Below the pieces are notes generated by a model, which did no database searches, was not told the DNA's origin, and was given only the letters and a program-made list of their open reading frames with translations. From NCBI GenBank assembly GCA_965262725.1, contig OZ253555.1:512001-576000 (forward strand): DNA of 64,000 bases, written 5' to 3'. Positions 43,717-54,064 of the stretch are shown here, in pieces (within the stretch, counting starts at the first letter, position 1; the number at the start of each line of letters is the position of its first letter). The translations under genes and the position numbers were made by a program. The stretch comes from Dehalococcoidia bacterium. GTDB lineage: Bacteria; Chloroflexota; Dehalococcoidia; UBA2979.

Positions 43717-45171
43717 GTGATCCCGAGCCTCGCCGAGAAGTGTGGCGTCTTCGGTGTCTACGCGCCGGAGGAAGATGTCGCACGGCTGACCTTCTTCGGT
43801 CTCTACTCGCTCCAGCATCGCGGACAGGAATCGGCGGGCATCGCCACCACCGACGGCGAGCGGCCGCATCTCCACGCGCGCATGGGCCTGGTCTCGCAGG
43901 TCTTCGACGAGGACGTGCTCGCCTCGCTGCCGGGAACGGCCGCAGTCGGGCATACGCGCTACTCCACGACCGGATCCTCGGTCGAGGAGAACGCGCAGCC
44001 GATCGTCGCCGAGGGCGATAACGGCTGGGTCGCCGTCGCCCACAACGGCAACGTCATCAACGCTGACCTCCTGCGGGTGGAGCTTGAGGAGGAGGGCGTC
44101 AGCTTCCGCACATCGAGCGACACGGAGGTCGTCACGAAGCTCCTGGTCCGCGCCCCCGGCGCGACCTGGGAGGATCGCATCGCCCACGTCATGCGCCGGC
44201 TGAACGGCGCCTACTCGCTCACGATCCTCACGAAGGACGCGGTCTTCGCCGTGCGCGATCCGCTGGCCGTGCGCCCGCTGGCGATCGGACGCCTGGGCAA
44301 CGGCTCCGACCGCGGCTGGGTCTTCGCCTCCGAGAGCTGCGCCCTCGATCACCTCGGCGCCCAGTTCGTGCGCGAGCTCGCTCCCGGCGAGATCGCGCGC
44401 GCCGACGCCGACGGGCTCACCTCGACGCAGGCGGTCCCGCCCAAGCGTCAGGCGCTCTGCATGCTCGAGTACATCTACTTCTCGCGGCCGGACTCGCGGC
44501 TGGGTGGTCAGCTGGTGCACCCGGTCCGGATGGAGATGGGCGCACGGCTCGCCAAGGAATACCCGGTCGATGCCGACCTGGTGATCGGCGTGCCGGACTC
44601 GGCGACCGCCGCCGCCGTCGGCTACGCGCGCGCCTCCGGTATCCCCTACGGCGAGGCGCTGATCAAGAACCGCTACGTCGGCCGCACGTTCATCCAGCCG
44701 GACCAGCGGCTGCGCGAGCGGGGGGTGTGGCTGAAGTTCAATCCGCTGCCCGAGCTGCTCGAGGGGCAGCGTGTGATCGTGGTGGACGACTCGATCGTGC
44801 GCGCCACCACGACGCCGCGCGTGGTGGCGATGCTGCGCCGCGCCGGCGCCACCGAGGTGCATATGCGCATCACCTCGCCCCCGATCACGCATCCCTGCTT
44901 CTACGGCGTCGACATGGCCTCGCGCTCGGAGCTCATAGCCGCGCACGAGAGCGTCGAGGGGATCCGCCGGCACATCGACGCCGACTCGCTCGGCTACCTC
45001 TCCGTCGAGAACACGGTCGCGGCGACCCGGCAGGGGCAGGATGGGCTGTGCACCGCCTGCTTCACCGGCGACTACCCCGGAGCGGTTCCGCTGCAGTTCG
45101 ACAAGTTCGTGCTCGAGTCGGGCGGCGCGCGTGACCGGCACGCGGTCCCGCTGGCGCCCGCCACCCCCTGA
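43717..45171 (+). CDS. purF: Amidophosphoribosyltransferase
   Basis: EKCGVFG, LQHRGQESAGI, VVDDSIVRATT. Confidence 0.98.
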   Translation: MIPSLAEKCGVFGVYAPEEDVARLTFFGLYSLQHRGQESAGIATTDGERPHLHARMGLVSQVFDEDVLASLPGTAAVGHTRYSTTGSSVEENAQPIVAEGDNGWVAVAHNGNVINADLLRVELEEEGVSFRTSSDTEVVTKLLVRAPGATWEDRIAHVMRRLNGAYSLTILTKDAVFAVRDPLAVRPLAIGRLGNGSDRGWVFASESCALDHLGAQFVRELAPGEIARADADGLTSTQAVPPKRQALCMLEYIYFSRPDSRLGGQLVHPVRMEMGARLAKEYPVDADLVIGVPDSATAAAVGYARASGIPYGEALIKNRYVGRTFIQPDQRLRERGVWLKFNPLPELLEGQRVIVVDDSIVRATTTPRVVAMLRRAGATEVHMRITSPPITHPCFYGVDMASRSELIAAHESVEGIRRHIDADSLGYLSVENTVAATRQGQDGLCTACFTGDYPGAVPLQFDKFVLESGGARDRHAVPLAPATP

Positions 45172-45334
45172 AGCCGGCTCCGTCCCGCCCGCGGCCGGGG
45201 CGCGGGGTGTCGCTTCCCCCTAGCGGGTGCTGGACCGTACGGTTGCCCCGCCGCCGGCGGTGAGCCGGAGGCTGGCTGGCTTCTCCCCGGGACGGCGGCG
45301 GCTGGTGTCCTCCGAGCATGGGCAGAGGGATCGG

Positions 45335-46417
45335 ATGGAGCCGGGCGCCGCCGAGGCGGCGCTCAGCTACGCCTCGGCCGGCGTCGACATCGAGGCGGCC
45401 GACATCACCGTCTCGCGCTACGCCGAGCTCGCCGCCCGCACGCGCCGCCCCGAGGTGCTCGCCGACGTCGGCCCCTTCGCCGGGCTCTTCCGCCTGCCCG
45501 CGGGGCTGCGCGACCCGGTCCTCGTGGCGAGCACCGACTCGGTCGGGACGAAGCTGCTGGTGGCGGCGGCGCTGGGTCGCTACGACACCGTGGGCAGAGA
45601 CCTCGTCAACCACTGCGTGAACGACGTGCTCACGGCCGGCGCCGAGCCGCTCTTCGTCCTCGACTACGTCGCCACGGCCGACCTCTCGCAGGAGCACCGG
45701 GTGGAGCTCGTCTCGGGCGTCGCCGCCGCCTGCGAGGAGAACGGCGCCGCGCTGCTCGGCGGCGAGACGGCGGATCTGCCCGGCATCTACCTCCCGGGCA
45801 CCTTCGATCTCGTCGGAACCGCCGTCGGCGTCGTGGAGCGCGATGCCCTCGTCGACGGCTCGCGCGTTCGGCGGGGCGACGCTCTCGTCGCGCTTCCCTC
45901 GAGCGGCCTGCAGACCAACGGCTACTCGCTCGTGCGCCGGCTCTGGAGCATCGGCGAGGACCCCGACCGCGACCGCGCCTTCCTCGGGGCGCACGACCCC
46001 TCGCTCGGCTGCTCGCTCGGCGAGGCGCTGCTCGCCGTCCACGGCTCCTTCCTCGAGGCGCTCCGGCCGCTGCTCGGCCGCCCCGGAGGGCCGCTCCACG
46101 GCATCGCCCACATCACCGGCGGCGGCATCGCGGGCAATCTCTCGCGCATCCTGCCGGAGGCGCTTCAGGCGCGCGTCGATCGCACGAGCTGGCGCCCGCC
46201 AGCGCTCTTTCAGCGCATCCGGCGCGACGGCGAGTTCCCCGACGGGGAGATGTGGCGCGTCTTCAACATGGGCGTGGGGCTGGTGCTCGCCGTCGACGCC
46301 TCCGAGGCGGAGTCGATCCTGGATGAGATCGAGGGGAGCTGGCGTCTCGGCGAGATCGTCGAGCGGGCGGAGGGCGCAGGGGCGGTCGCGCTGTCCCTGG
46401 CCCCGGGGCGCGGGTAA
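45335..46417 (+). CDS. purM: AIR synthetase
   Basis: SYASAGVDI, STDSVGTK, GGETA, HITGGG, FNMGVG. Confidence 0.97.
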   Translation: MEPGAAEAALSYASAGVDIEAADITVSRYAELAARTRRPEVLADVGPFAGLFRLPAGLRDPVLVASTDSVGTKLLVAAALGRYDTVGRDLVNHCVNDVLTAGAEPLFVLDYVATADLSQEHRVELVSGVAAACEENGAALLGGETADLPGIYLPGTFDLVGTAVGVVERDALVDGSRVRRGDALVALPSSGLQTNGYSLVRRLWSIGEDPDRDRAFLGAHDPSLGCSLGEALLAVHGSFLEALRPLLGRPGGPLHGIAHITGGGIAGNLSRILPEALQARVDRTSWRPPALFQRIRRDGEFPDGEMWRVFNMGVGLVLAVDASEAESILDEIEGSWRLGEIVERAEGAGAVALSLAPGRG

Positions 46418-46429
46418 GGAGGAGGGGCG

Positions 46430-48007
46430 ATGCGGGCGCTGCTCGCCGTCTACGACAAGCAGGGTGTCGCCGACTTCGCGCGAGGGCTCGCCGAGCTCGG
46501 CTGGGAGCTCGTCGCCACCGGGAACACGCGTCGCGTGATCGCGGAGGCGGGCGTGCCGGTGATGGAGGTCGCCGATCTCACCGGCTCGCCGGAGATGCTC
46601 GGCGGACGCGTGAAGACGCTGCACCCGATGGTGCACGGGGGGCTGCTCTACCGCCGCGGCCACGCGGGCGACGAGGCGGAGGTCGCGCGCTACCAGATCC
46701 CGGCCATCGACCTCGTGGCGTCCAACCTCTACCCCTTCGTTGCGACCGTGACCGCCGGGGAGGGCGTCCCGCTCTCGGAGGCGCTGGAGCAGATCGACAT
46801 CGGCGGGCCGACGATGATCCGCGCCGCCGCCAAGAACCACCCCGCCGTGATCCCGATCACCGACCCCCGCGACTACGACGAGGTGCTCAAGGCGCTGCGC
46901 TCGGCGGGCGGCGACCCCTCCGGCGTCGCCGCCTCGCTCCGCTCGCGCCTCGCGGCGAGCGCCTTCGCGCACACCGCCCACTACGACGCCGCCATCGCCG
47001 AGTACCTGCGCCCGGCGGACCAGCCGTTCCCGGAGCAGCTCACCGTGCCGTTCACGCTCGCCGAGGAGCTGCGCTACGGGGAGAACCCGCACCAGCGCGG
47101 CGCCTTCTACCGGATGGACTCGGTGCGCGTCCCCGCCGAGGGCACGGGCGCGCTTGAGCAGCTCCACGGCAAGGCGCTCTCCTACGTCAACGTGCTCGAC
47201 GCGGACGAGGCGTTCCAGCTCGTCTGCGATGCCCCGGGGCCGGCTATAGCCATCATCAAGCACACCAACCCGTGCTGCTTCGCGACCGGCGAGGCGCCGC
47301 TGGCCGAGCTCTACGAGCGTGCCCTCTCGGAGGGCGACGCCGTCTCCGCCTACGGCGGTATCGTCGCCGTGAACCGTCCCCTCGACATGGGCCTGGCGAG
47401 CGCGCTTCGGGAGTTCCCGAGCCCGGCCACCGGCGGGCGGATGTTCTTCGAGATCGTGATCGTGCCGGGCTACGAGCCCGAGGCCTTGGAGCACCTGCGG
47501 CGGAAGTCACGGGACCTGCGGATCCTCGTCGCCCCCGTCGGCGACCCGGGCCGGCCCCGCATCGAGGTGCGCGCCGTGCGCGGGGGGGCGCTGCTGCAGG
47601 AGTCCGACGTGACCGTCGAGCGGGATTTTGAGGTCGTCTCAGCCCGGCACCCCTCGGAGCGTGAGCTCGAGGATCTCCGCGTCGGCTGGATGGTCTGCAA
47701 GCACGTCAAGTCGAACGCCGTCGTCTTCGTGAGAGACGGCGTCCTGGTCGGGATGGGCGCCGGCCAGCCCAACCGCGTCGGGAGCGCGAGACTCGCCGGC
47801 GAGAGCGCTGGCGAGAGGGCTCAGGGGGCCGTCGCGGCGACCGACGCGCTGATCCCCTTCCCCGACACGGTGGAGGTCTGCGCGAGCTTCGGTGTGAGCG
47901 CGGTGCTCCACACGGGGGGCTCCATCCGCGACCAGGAGTCCGTGGAGACGGCGGATCGCCTCGGCGTCTCGCTGCTCACGACGGGGGTTCGCCACTTCCG
48001 CCACTGA
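46430..48007 (+). CDS. purH: AICAR transformylase/IMP cyclohydrolase
   Basis: GRVKTLHP, IDIGGPT, LRYGENPHQ, KSNA, RHFRH. Confidence 0.98.
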   Translation: MRALLAVYDKQGVADFARGLAELGWELVATGNTRRVIAEAGVPVMEVADLTGSPEMLGGRVKTLHPMVHGGLLYRRGHAGDEAEVARYQIPAIDLVASNLYPFVATVTAGEGVPLSEALEQIDIGGPTMIRAAAKNHPAVIPITDPRDYDEVLKALRSAGGDPSGVAASLRSRLAASAFAHTAHYDAAIAEYLRPADQPFPEQLTVPFTLAEELRYGENPHQRGAFYRMDSVRVPAEGTGALEQLHGKALSYVNVLDADEAFQLVCDAPGPAIAIIKHTNPCCFATGEAPLAELYERALSEGDAVSAYGGIVAVNRPLDMGLASALREFPSPATGGRMFFEIVIVPGYEPEALEHLRRKSRDLRILVAPVGDPGRPRIEVRAVRGGALLQESDVTVERDFEVVSARHPSERELEDLRVGWMVCKHVKSNAVVFVRDGVLVGMGAGQPNRVGSARLAGESAGERAQGAVAATDALIPFPDTVEVCASFGVSAVLHTGGSIRDQESVETADRLGVSLLTTGVRHFRH

Positions 48008-48162
48008 GCCCGGGAGCGATCGCCCCAGGGCGGACGCACCGGCGACCACGCGGGTACACCACGACGTGCGGCTGCGGGCGTCCCGGCATGCCTGCGCGGC
48101 GAGCCCGCGGACCTTCGCGCCCACGCTCGGCTACCATCGACGGAGGCTCCGCGGAGGGCGCC

Positions 48163-48600
48163 ATGGTCCCGCGCCGCGCATGGCACTCGCTGCCCCCGGT
48201 CGCGGCGGCGCTCGCGCTCTCGGCAGCCCTCGTGGCGTGCGTGCTCGAGCCGGCCGATGCCCCGCCGCCCGCGGCGCCGCGCTCGCCCGCGCCGACGGCT
48301 TCGGCAACGGCAACGCCTGTCTCGGACACTCCGGGAGGCTACTACGGCGCCTGTGCTTTGACGGAAAGCGGCGAGCTGTTCTGCTGGGACATGGACGACG
48401 CCGGGGAGGCGATCGTGCTGCCCGGCCGCTACATCGCGATTGACACGGCCGGGGGCAAGATCTGCGCGGTCACGGCGGGCGGCGACACCGTTTGTTGGGG
48501 CGCCGACGCGTCAGCCGCCGGCGACCCGCCGTGAGCGCCGGACGACGTCACACCTGCGCGCTGACGGAGGCCGGAGAGGACGCGGACGGCTCGCCCGGAC
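48163..48600 (+). pseudogene. Degraded lipoprotein with RCC1-like repeat fragments
   Basis: Lipobox LVAC; CALTESGELFCW and ICAVTAGGDTVCWG; out-of-frame VSAGRRHTCALTEAG after the stop at 48534. Confidence 0.6.
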
Positions 48601-48642
48601 GCGGTCCGCGGGCGCCGCGTGGTCGGTGCTCCTTTGCTCCCG

Positions 48643-49536
48643 CTACTCCGCTCCGAGGCGGAGCGTCTCGAGAACGTCTGAGAACTCCTCCACGTCCACC
48701 ACGCCCTCAATCGGGGTGAGCGAGAACTCGCGGGCGCAGCCGCCTGCTGAGACCGGGAGCACGCGCTGGGTGACGCCGTCCGCCGTCTCAACCTCCAGCA
48801 TCTGGTAGCCCCGCCCCTCCACCTCGACGATGCGCGTCACGGAGAGCGAGGCGCCGCCTGAGCGCAGCTCCTGAGCCCAGAGGCGCTGCGCCTCGCCGGG
48901 GGAGTCTGCCTCCGCCCGGCAGCCTGCGATCGTGACCGCGGGGTAGGCGAGCGCCGGCGGGCCCGTCACGCGGCGCCTCCCGCCCGGCCCGGTCGGCTCG
49001 GGCGGCGTCGGGACCTCCACGACGAGGTAGTCGAGCGAGCTGCCGCTTACGTGGCGCCAGTTCGGGGGCAGGGCGCCCGCGTAGCCCTCGGCCGCGAAGG
49101 AATGCCAGCCCTCGGGCGCCCCCGCCGGATCCGCGTCTCCGGCGAAGAGGCGGAGTGCGACGAGGAGCGCCGCGAGCGCGCCGGCGACGGTGACCCAGTG
49201 CCAGACGCGCCCCCCGACTCCCTCGAGCGGCGCCCGCGAGAGCTCGCGGTGGAGCGGCGTCGGGCGGTCGGCGCCGGGCGGGCGGCGGCGGTGGGCCGGG
49301 TGCGTGAAGCGGGCTCCGAGCGCCCAGACCGGCTGCCACGGCGCGTCCTCCTCCGTGAGCGGCCGGTCCCACTCGGAGGGGTCGCCCCCCAAGGGCGGTT
49401 CGCCCGGGCGCCCCCCGGGCGTGCGTCGCTCCGGCACCGCTCGCCCCCCATCGCCGCGAGGTGGTGTCCTCCGACTCGCGCTTCCCGCGACTGTCGCACG
49501 CCGGACGCGCCGCTTACCATCGCCGGCGATGGCCAC
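48643..49536 (-). CDS. Hypothetical single-TM protein (true start probably downstream of 49536)
   Basis: TM segment VWHWVTVAGALAALLVALRLF; fills the gap between neighbours. Confidence 0.55.
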   Translation of the reverse strand: MAIAGDGKRRVRRATVAGSASRRTPPRGDGGRAVPERRTPGGRPGEPPLGGDPSEWDRPLTEEDAPWQPVWALGARFTHPAHRRRPPGADRPTPLHRELSRAPLEGVGGRVWHWVTVAGALAALLVALRLFAGDADPAGAPEGWHSFAAEGYAGALPPNWRHVSGSSLDYLVVEVPTPPEPTGPGGRRRVTGPPALAYPAVTIAGCRAEADSPGEAQRLWAQELRSGGASLSVTRIVEVEGRGYQMLEVETADGVTQRVLPVSAGGCAREFSLTPIEGVVDVEEFSDVLETLRLGAE

Positions 49537-50254
49537 CGTCGACCTCGTCCTCCCCGCCTACAACGAGGAGCGTCAACTCGAGGAGAGCGCGCGGATGCTG
49601 CTCGCCTGGTGCGAGGCGCATCCCGGGCACGCGTGGCGCGTGGTCGTCGCGGACAACGGCTCAACGGACGGAACCCTGGCCGTCGCGCGCGCGCTCCAGG
49701 CGGAGTACCCGGGCCGCCTGGCGGCGCTGCACGTCCCGGTGGCCGGGCGCGGCTTGGCGCTGCGCACGGCGTGGCTCACCTCGCCGGCCGACGTGGCCGC
49801 CTACATGGATGTCGACCTCTCGACCTCGCTCGACGCGCTGCCCGGGCTCGTCGACCCGCTCGCTCAGGGGGAGGCCGATCTCGCGGTCGGGAGCCGGCTG
49901 CATCCGCTCGCCCGGCGCCGCCGCGGCGTGCGTCGCGAGGTGCTCTCGCGGGGATTCGTGCTGCTGCTCAGACTGGCGCTCGGCTTCCGGCTCACCGACG
50001 CACAGTGCGGGTTCAAAGCGATTCGCCGCGAGGCGGCGCGCGCGCTGATTCCGCTCGTTCACGACAACAGCTGGTTCTTCGACGCCGAGCTCCTGATCCT
50101 CGCGCAGCACAACGGCTACCGTATCCGGGAGGTGCCCGTTTTGTGGACGGACGATCCCGCAAGCAGCGTGCGCATCGTCTCGACCGTGGTCGAGGATCTG
50201 CGCGGCATCTGGCGGCTCCGCCGGGGCGGGATCGCTCGCGTTCCGCGCCCGTGA
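49529..50254 (+). CDS. GT2 glycosyltransferase (polyprenol-phosphate glycosyltransferase-like)
   Basis: LPAYNEE, DNGSTDGT, YMDVDLST, DAQCGFKA, WFFDAE. Confidence 0.93.
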   Translation: MATVDLVLPAYNEERQLEESARMLLAWCEAHPGHAWRVVVADNGSTDGTLAVARALQAEYPGRLAALHVPVAGRGLALRTAWLTSPADVAAYMDVDLSTSLDALPGLVDPLAQGEADLAVGSRLHPLARRRRGVRREVLSRGFVLLLRLALGFRLTDAQCGFKAIRREAARALIPLVHDNSWFFDAELLILAQHNGYRIREVPVLWTDDPASSVRIVSTVVEDLRGIWRLRRGGIARVPRP

Positions 50255-50316
50255 GAAGGTCCTCCCGGGCGCTCGCCGGCGCCCTCCGCGGGACCCCCGG
50301 AAAAGCCGCGCTTTCC

Positions 50317-50345
50317 TTGACGCTATACGGGGGCACGGATAGCAT
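50317..50345 (+). promoter_or_regulatory. Sigma70-type promoter of the cytochrome operon
   Basis: TTGACG-N17-TAGCAT. Confidence 0.65.
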
Positions 50346-50421
50346 GCGGGCCGCTCTTGTGACGTGAGGCACGGCCGCCTCCGCGGGCGCCCGCGGGCCC
50401 CGTCCGCCGATGGGGGGCACG

Positions 50422-50526
50422 ATGCTCGGAGAGGTGGGAGAGACCCTCGAATTGGTCGGGGTGCTCCTCACGATCCTGGGCTCGCTCGGGATTATGGTCG
50501 TGCTCGGCAAGTGGTGGGAGACCTAG
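50422..50526 (+). CDS. 34-aa single-TM peptide heading the cytochrome b6 operon
   Basis: MLGEVGETLELVGVLLTILGSLGIMVVLGKWWET; G-rich RBS; lies between promoter and cytochrome b6. Confidence 0.65.
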   Translation: MLGEVGETLELVGVLLTILGSLGIMVVLGKWWET

Positions 50527-50583
50527 CGCAGGGCCGACCGCACGGCGGCGAGAGCCGCCTGCGAGCGCCGCGGGGGTGAGTGG

Positions 50584-51339
50584 ATGGCGAGCACCGAGCG
50601 TCCGGTACGCCGAGGTGTCGGTGACCGTCTCTACGAATTCACCGTCCAGAACCGCGTCTGGCGCTCGATCGTCCGCTCCGGTTACCCGAATACCCCCCGC
50701 AACCAGATGCTCGCGGTCGCGACGAACGTCTTCCTCCACCTCCACCCGACGCGCATCCACCGCACCCACGTCAAGATCACCCACACCTTCTGCCTCGGCG
50801 GCCTCTCCTTCTTCCTGTTTCTCGGGCTGACCGTCACCGGCGTGCTTCTGATGTTCTATTACGTGCCGTCCGTCGAGCGTGCCTACGAGGACATGCTGGC
50901 GCTCGAAACCGACGTGCGGTTCGGGCTGCTGATGCGCAACCTGCATCGCTGGATGGCGCACGGGATGGTCCTCACCGTGCTGATGCACATGATGCGCGTC
51001 TTCTACACCGGCGCGTACAAGCCCCCGCGGGAGTTCAACTGGGTCGTCGGCGTGGTCCTGCTCGTGCTGACGCTCCTGCTCTCCTTCACCGGCTACCTGC
51101 TGCCCTGGGACGAGCTCGCCTTCTGGGCGATCACCGTCGGCACCGACATGGTCGGCTCGGCGCCGATCTTCGGGCAGCCGAACCGCTTCGTTCTCATCGG
51201 CGGCTACGACGTCGGCGCGAACGCGCTTATCCGCTTCTACACGTTGCACGTGATCGGGCTGCCGCTCTTGGCCGCCATCTTCATGGCGGTGCATTTCTGG
51301 CGAATCCGCCGTGATGGCGGGCTCGCCCGGCCGCTGTAG
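50584..51339 (+). CDS. Cytochrome b6-type subunit of a Rieske/cytochrome b complex
   Basis: [45 protein letters not shown]. Confidence 0.96.
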   Translation: MASTERPVRRGVGDRLYEFTVQNRVWRSIVRSGYPNTPRNQMLAVATNVFLHLHPTRIHRTHVKITHTFCLGGLSFFLFLGLTVTGVLLMFYYVPSVERAYEDMLALETDVRFGLLMRNLHRWMAHGMVLTVLMHMMRVFYTGAYKPPREFNWVVGVVLLVLTLLLSFTGYLLPWDELAFWAITVGTDMVGSAPIFGQPNRFVLIGGYDVGANALIRFYTLHVIGLPLLAAIFMAVHFWRIRRDGGLARPL

Positions 51340-51390
51340 CGAGCGGACGCGGGGCCCCGTCGACGGGCCCGGCACGGGAGGCAGGGACGC

Positions 51391-52278
51391 ATGGCGATGG
51401 CCAGAGGCGCACAGGCGGGGGTGGAGCCCGCGTCGCGCGCCGTCCGCGCCCGTCAGGTGCGACGCCGCGAGGAGGAGCTCCTCGTCTGGCCGGACCTCGT
51501 CTTCGTCGAGTTCATCGCCGCGGTCCTCTTCACGCTGACGCTCACGCTGCTCTCGATCCTCATCAACGCGCCGCTGCAGGACCGCGCGAACCCGGCGCAC
51601 ACGCCGAACCCGTCGAAGGCGCCGTGGTACTTCCTGAACCTGCAGGAGCTTTTGCTCCACATGCACCCGGCGCTCGCCGGCGTCGTCGTCCCGACGGTGG
51701 CGCTCGTGGTGCTCGGCGCGATCCCCTACTTCGACACCGACAACAGGAGCCAGGGCGAGTGGCTCACCACTCCCCGCGCATGGCCGAACCTCATCGTCGG
51801 CGCCGCCGTTGGCGTCATCGGGACGGCGCTCCTCATAGGCTGGGATTCCCAGCGCCACGTCCTCGCCTACGAGCGCTGGGTCGGGGAGTGGCCGCAGAGC
51901 CTCGAGTGGCTGCGCAGCGCCCGGGCGCTGCAAGGGGAGATCGCGGAGTGGCTGCCGAGCTCGTGGTCGAGCATCCCCCTGGGCGAGAAGGTGCTGCGCA
52001 CGGATCTGCTCGGGCTCCCGGCGATCGACCTCAACGTCAACCTCCCCGCTGTCCTGATCGAGCAGATGCTGCCCACCTCGCTGATGGTCGGGCTTCCGAT
52101 CCTGCTCTCGCTGGTCGCGTGGCGGATGGGGCTGGCCCACACGAAGCGCGACCACATGATCCTTCAGTTCTCGGGCTTCATCGCGGTCTTCATCGCTCTC
52201 ACGATCAGTGGGACGGCGCTCCGCGGCGAGGGCATGGAGCTCTTCTGGCCGTGGGAGGTCCGTCCCGCGGTGAGCTAG
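51391..52278 (+). CDS. Subunit IV-type protein (cytochrome b C-terminal part) with extension
   Basis: VWPDLV, ANPAHTPNPSKAPWYFLNLQELL, IPYFD. Confidence 0.92.
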   Translation: MAMARGAQAGVEPASRAVRARQVRRREEELLVWPDLVFVEFIAAVLFTLTLTLLSILINAPLQDRANPAHTPNPSKAPWYFLNLQELLLHMHPALAGVVVPTVALVVLGAIPYFDTDNRSQGEWLTTPRAWPNLIVGAAVGVIGTALLIGWDSQRHVLAYERWVGEWPQSLEWLRSARALQGEIAEWLPSSWSSIPLGEKVLRTDLLGLPAIDLNVNLPAVLIEQMLPTSLMVGLPILLSLVAWRMGLAHTKRDHMILQFSGFIAVFIALTISGTALRGEGMELFWPWEVRPAVS

Positions 52279-52343
52279 AGCGGCGGCGCGGGGCCCGTCC
52301 GGGTCGGCCCGCGGGGGCCACACAGGGGAAGCGAGCGGGCGTA

Positions 52344-53063
52344 GTGGCGAACGAGATCGAGAGCACCGGGTCGGCGCCGCCCTCCATCGGTGCCTCGCCG
52401 GCCGCGGGGTCGAGCGCCGACGCGTGGCGCGCGGCGCTCAGCGCACGCCGCACCGAGGTCGTCACCGACATCGTGGTGCCGACGGCGCAGGCGCACGCGC
52501 CGCCCGACGCGGAGGTCTCGAGGCGGCGCTTCATCCTCGGCGCGTTCTGGACGGGGCTCGGTGTGACCCTCGCCGGCTCGCTCGGCGTCTTCCTCGACTT
52601 CTTCTGGCCCCGCGGAATCGTGAAGTTCGGGGGGCCCTTCCCTGTCGGCAACGTGGCGGACTTCGAGCCGGGCGGCACCCCCGAGCTCATCGCCGCGGCA
52701 CAGACCTGGATCGTCAACCTCGATCCCGCCGATGCGCGCTACGGCGGATCGGACGGGGGCCAGGGCTACCTCGCGCTGTGGCGGAAGTGCCCGCACCTCG
52801 GCTGCTCGGTGCCGTGGAACCCCTCCTTCAACTTCGAGGGGCAGGTCGGCTGGTTCCGCTGTCCCTGCCACGGTTCGACCTACACCAAGGCCGGCATCCG
52901 CGTCTTCGGTCCGGCGCCGCGCTCGATGGACACCTTCGATCTCACCGTGGATGACGCCGGCAACCTCACCGTGCACACGGATCGCGTCATGTCGGGTGGC
53001 CCGGACAACGCCGACCGCGCCCGGACCGTCGAGCAGCTGCGCGAGGCAGCGGCCTCCGGATGA
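52344..53063 (+). CDS. Rieske [2Fe-2S] subunit
   Basis: Tat motif SRRRFI; CPHLGC and CPCHGS; GPAPRSMD. Confidence 0.96.
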   Translation: MANEIESTGSAPPSIGASPAAGSSADAWRAALSARRTEVVTDIVVPTAQAHAPPDAEVSRRRFILGAFWTGLGVTLAGSLGVFLDFFWPRGIVKFGGPFPVGNVADFEPGGTPELIAAAQTWIVNLDPADARYGGSDGGQGYLALWRKCPHLGCSVPWNPSFNFEGQVGWFRCPCHGSTYTKAGIRVFGPAPRSMDTFDLTVDDAGNLTVHTDRVMSGGPDNADRARTVEQLREAAASG

Positions 53064-53992
53064 ACACCAGCAAGCAAGTCAACGTCATGATCGGCCTCCT
53101 CTTCCTGACGGTGGCCGTGCTCTTCCTCTACTTCCTCGACGAGGGAAACCGGCAGGCGCACGCGCTGGAGGAGCAGACCGAGCGCGTCGCCGAGCGCGGC
53201 GCCCGGCTCTTCGCCGACAACTGCCGCAGCTGCCACGGACTGGAGGGCGAGGGCGGCATCGGCCAGGCGCTCAACCGCCCGGCGTTCCTCATCCTCGGCG
53301 AGGACAACGAGTTCGGGGCACCGGCGACTCCGGGTCTCGGGACGCCGGACGACCCGGGTGCCAACGAGATCGTCGCCTTCCTCGGCGACACGATTAGCTG
53401 CGGCCGCGCCGGCACCTTCATGCCGTCGTGGTCGGAAGAGTTCGGCGGCACGCTCTCCGACACGCAGATCGCCCAACTCGTAACTCTCATCACCACCGGT
53501 CGCTGGGATCTGGTGCGGAAGGCGGGCGCGGAGAGCGATGAGCAGACGGGCCTCACCCTCGAGGAGATCGTCTTCGTGGGCTCCGACGGCCTTCAGCTCA
53601 CCGGCGAGAACTGCGGCCAGTACAATGCGATCCAGGCGCTGCGCTACCGCAACCGCACCGACCCGCGCACCGTGCGGGAGGTGGCGGTTCCCGGCGCGGA
53701 GGCGCCCCCGGCGCCCTCGGGTGGGGAGCCCGCCGGGCCGTCGATCCAGGGCGTGGCGGTGGGCGTCTTCTTCGGGGCGACGTGCGCCACCTGTCACGGC
53801 GCCGACCGCGGCGGCCTCCCGGATCTCGGTCTGGCGCTCTTGCCGGACGTGCTGACGGAGTCCGACGATTTCTACTTCGATACCATCAAGAATGGTCGCG
53901 AGGGCACGGTGATGCCGGCGTGGGGCCAGCAGGGTCTGACCGACGACGACATCCGGTTGCTGGTGGACTTCATCCGGAGCACACCGCCGTAG
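53060..53992 (+). CDS. Membrane-anchored diheme cytochrome c
   Basis: N-terminal TM; CRSCH with MPSW and CATCH with MPAW. Confidence 0.93.
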   Translation: MNTSKQVNVMIGLLFLTVAVLFLYFLDEGNRQAHALEEQTERVAERGARLFADNCRSCHGLEGEGGIGQALNRPAFLILGEDNEFGAPATPGLGTPDDPGANEIVAFLGDTISCGRAGTFMPSWSEEFGGTLSDTQIAQLVTLITTGRWDLVRKAGAESDEQTGLTLEEIVFVGSDGLQLTGENCGQYNAIQALRYRNRTDPRTVREVAVPGAEAPPAPSGGEPAGPSIQGVAVGVFFGATCATCHGADRGGLPDLGLALLPDVLTESDDFYFDTIKNGREGTVMPAWGQQGLTDDDIRLLVDFIRSTPP

Positions 53993-54064
53993 CGATGGGG
54001 ACACCACGCGGTGGCGGACGGGCGCTCGCGCTCCTCCGTGCGGCGTGGCGAGGGGAGAAGGAAG

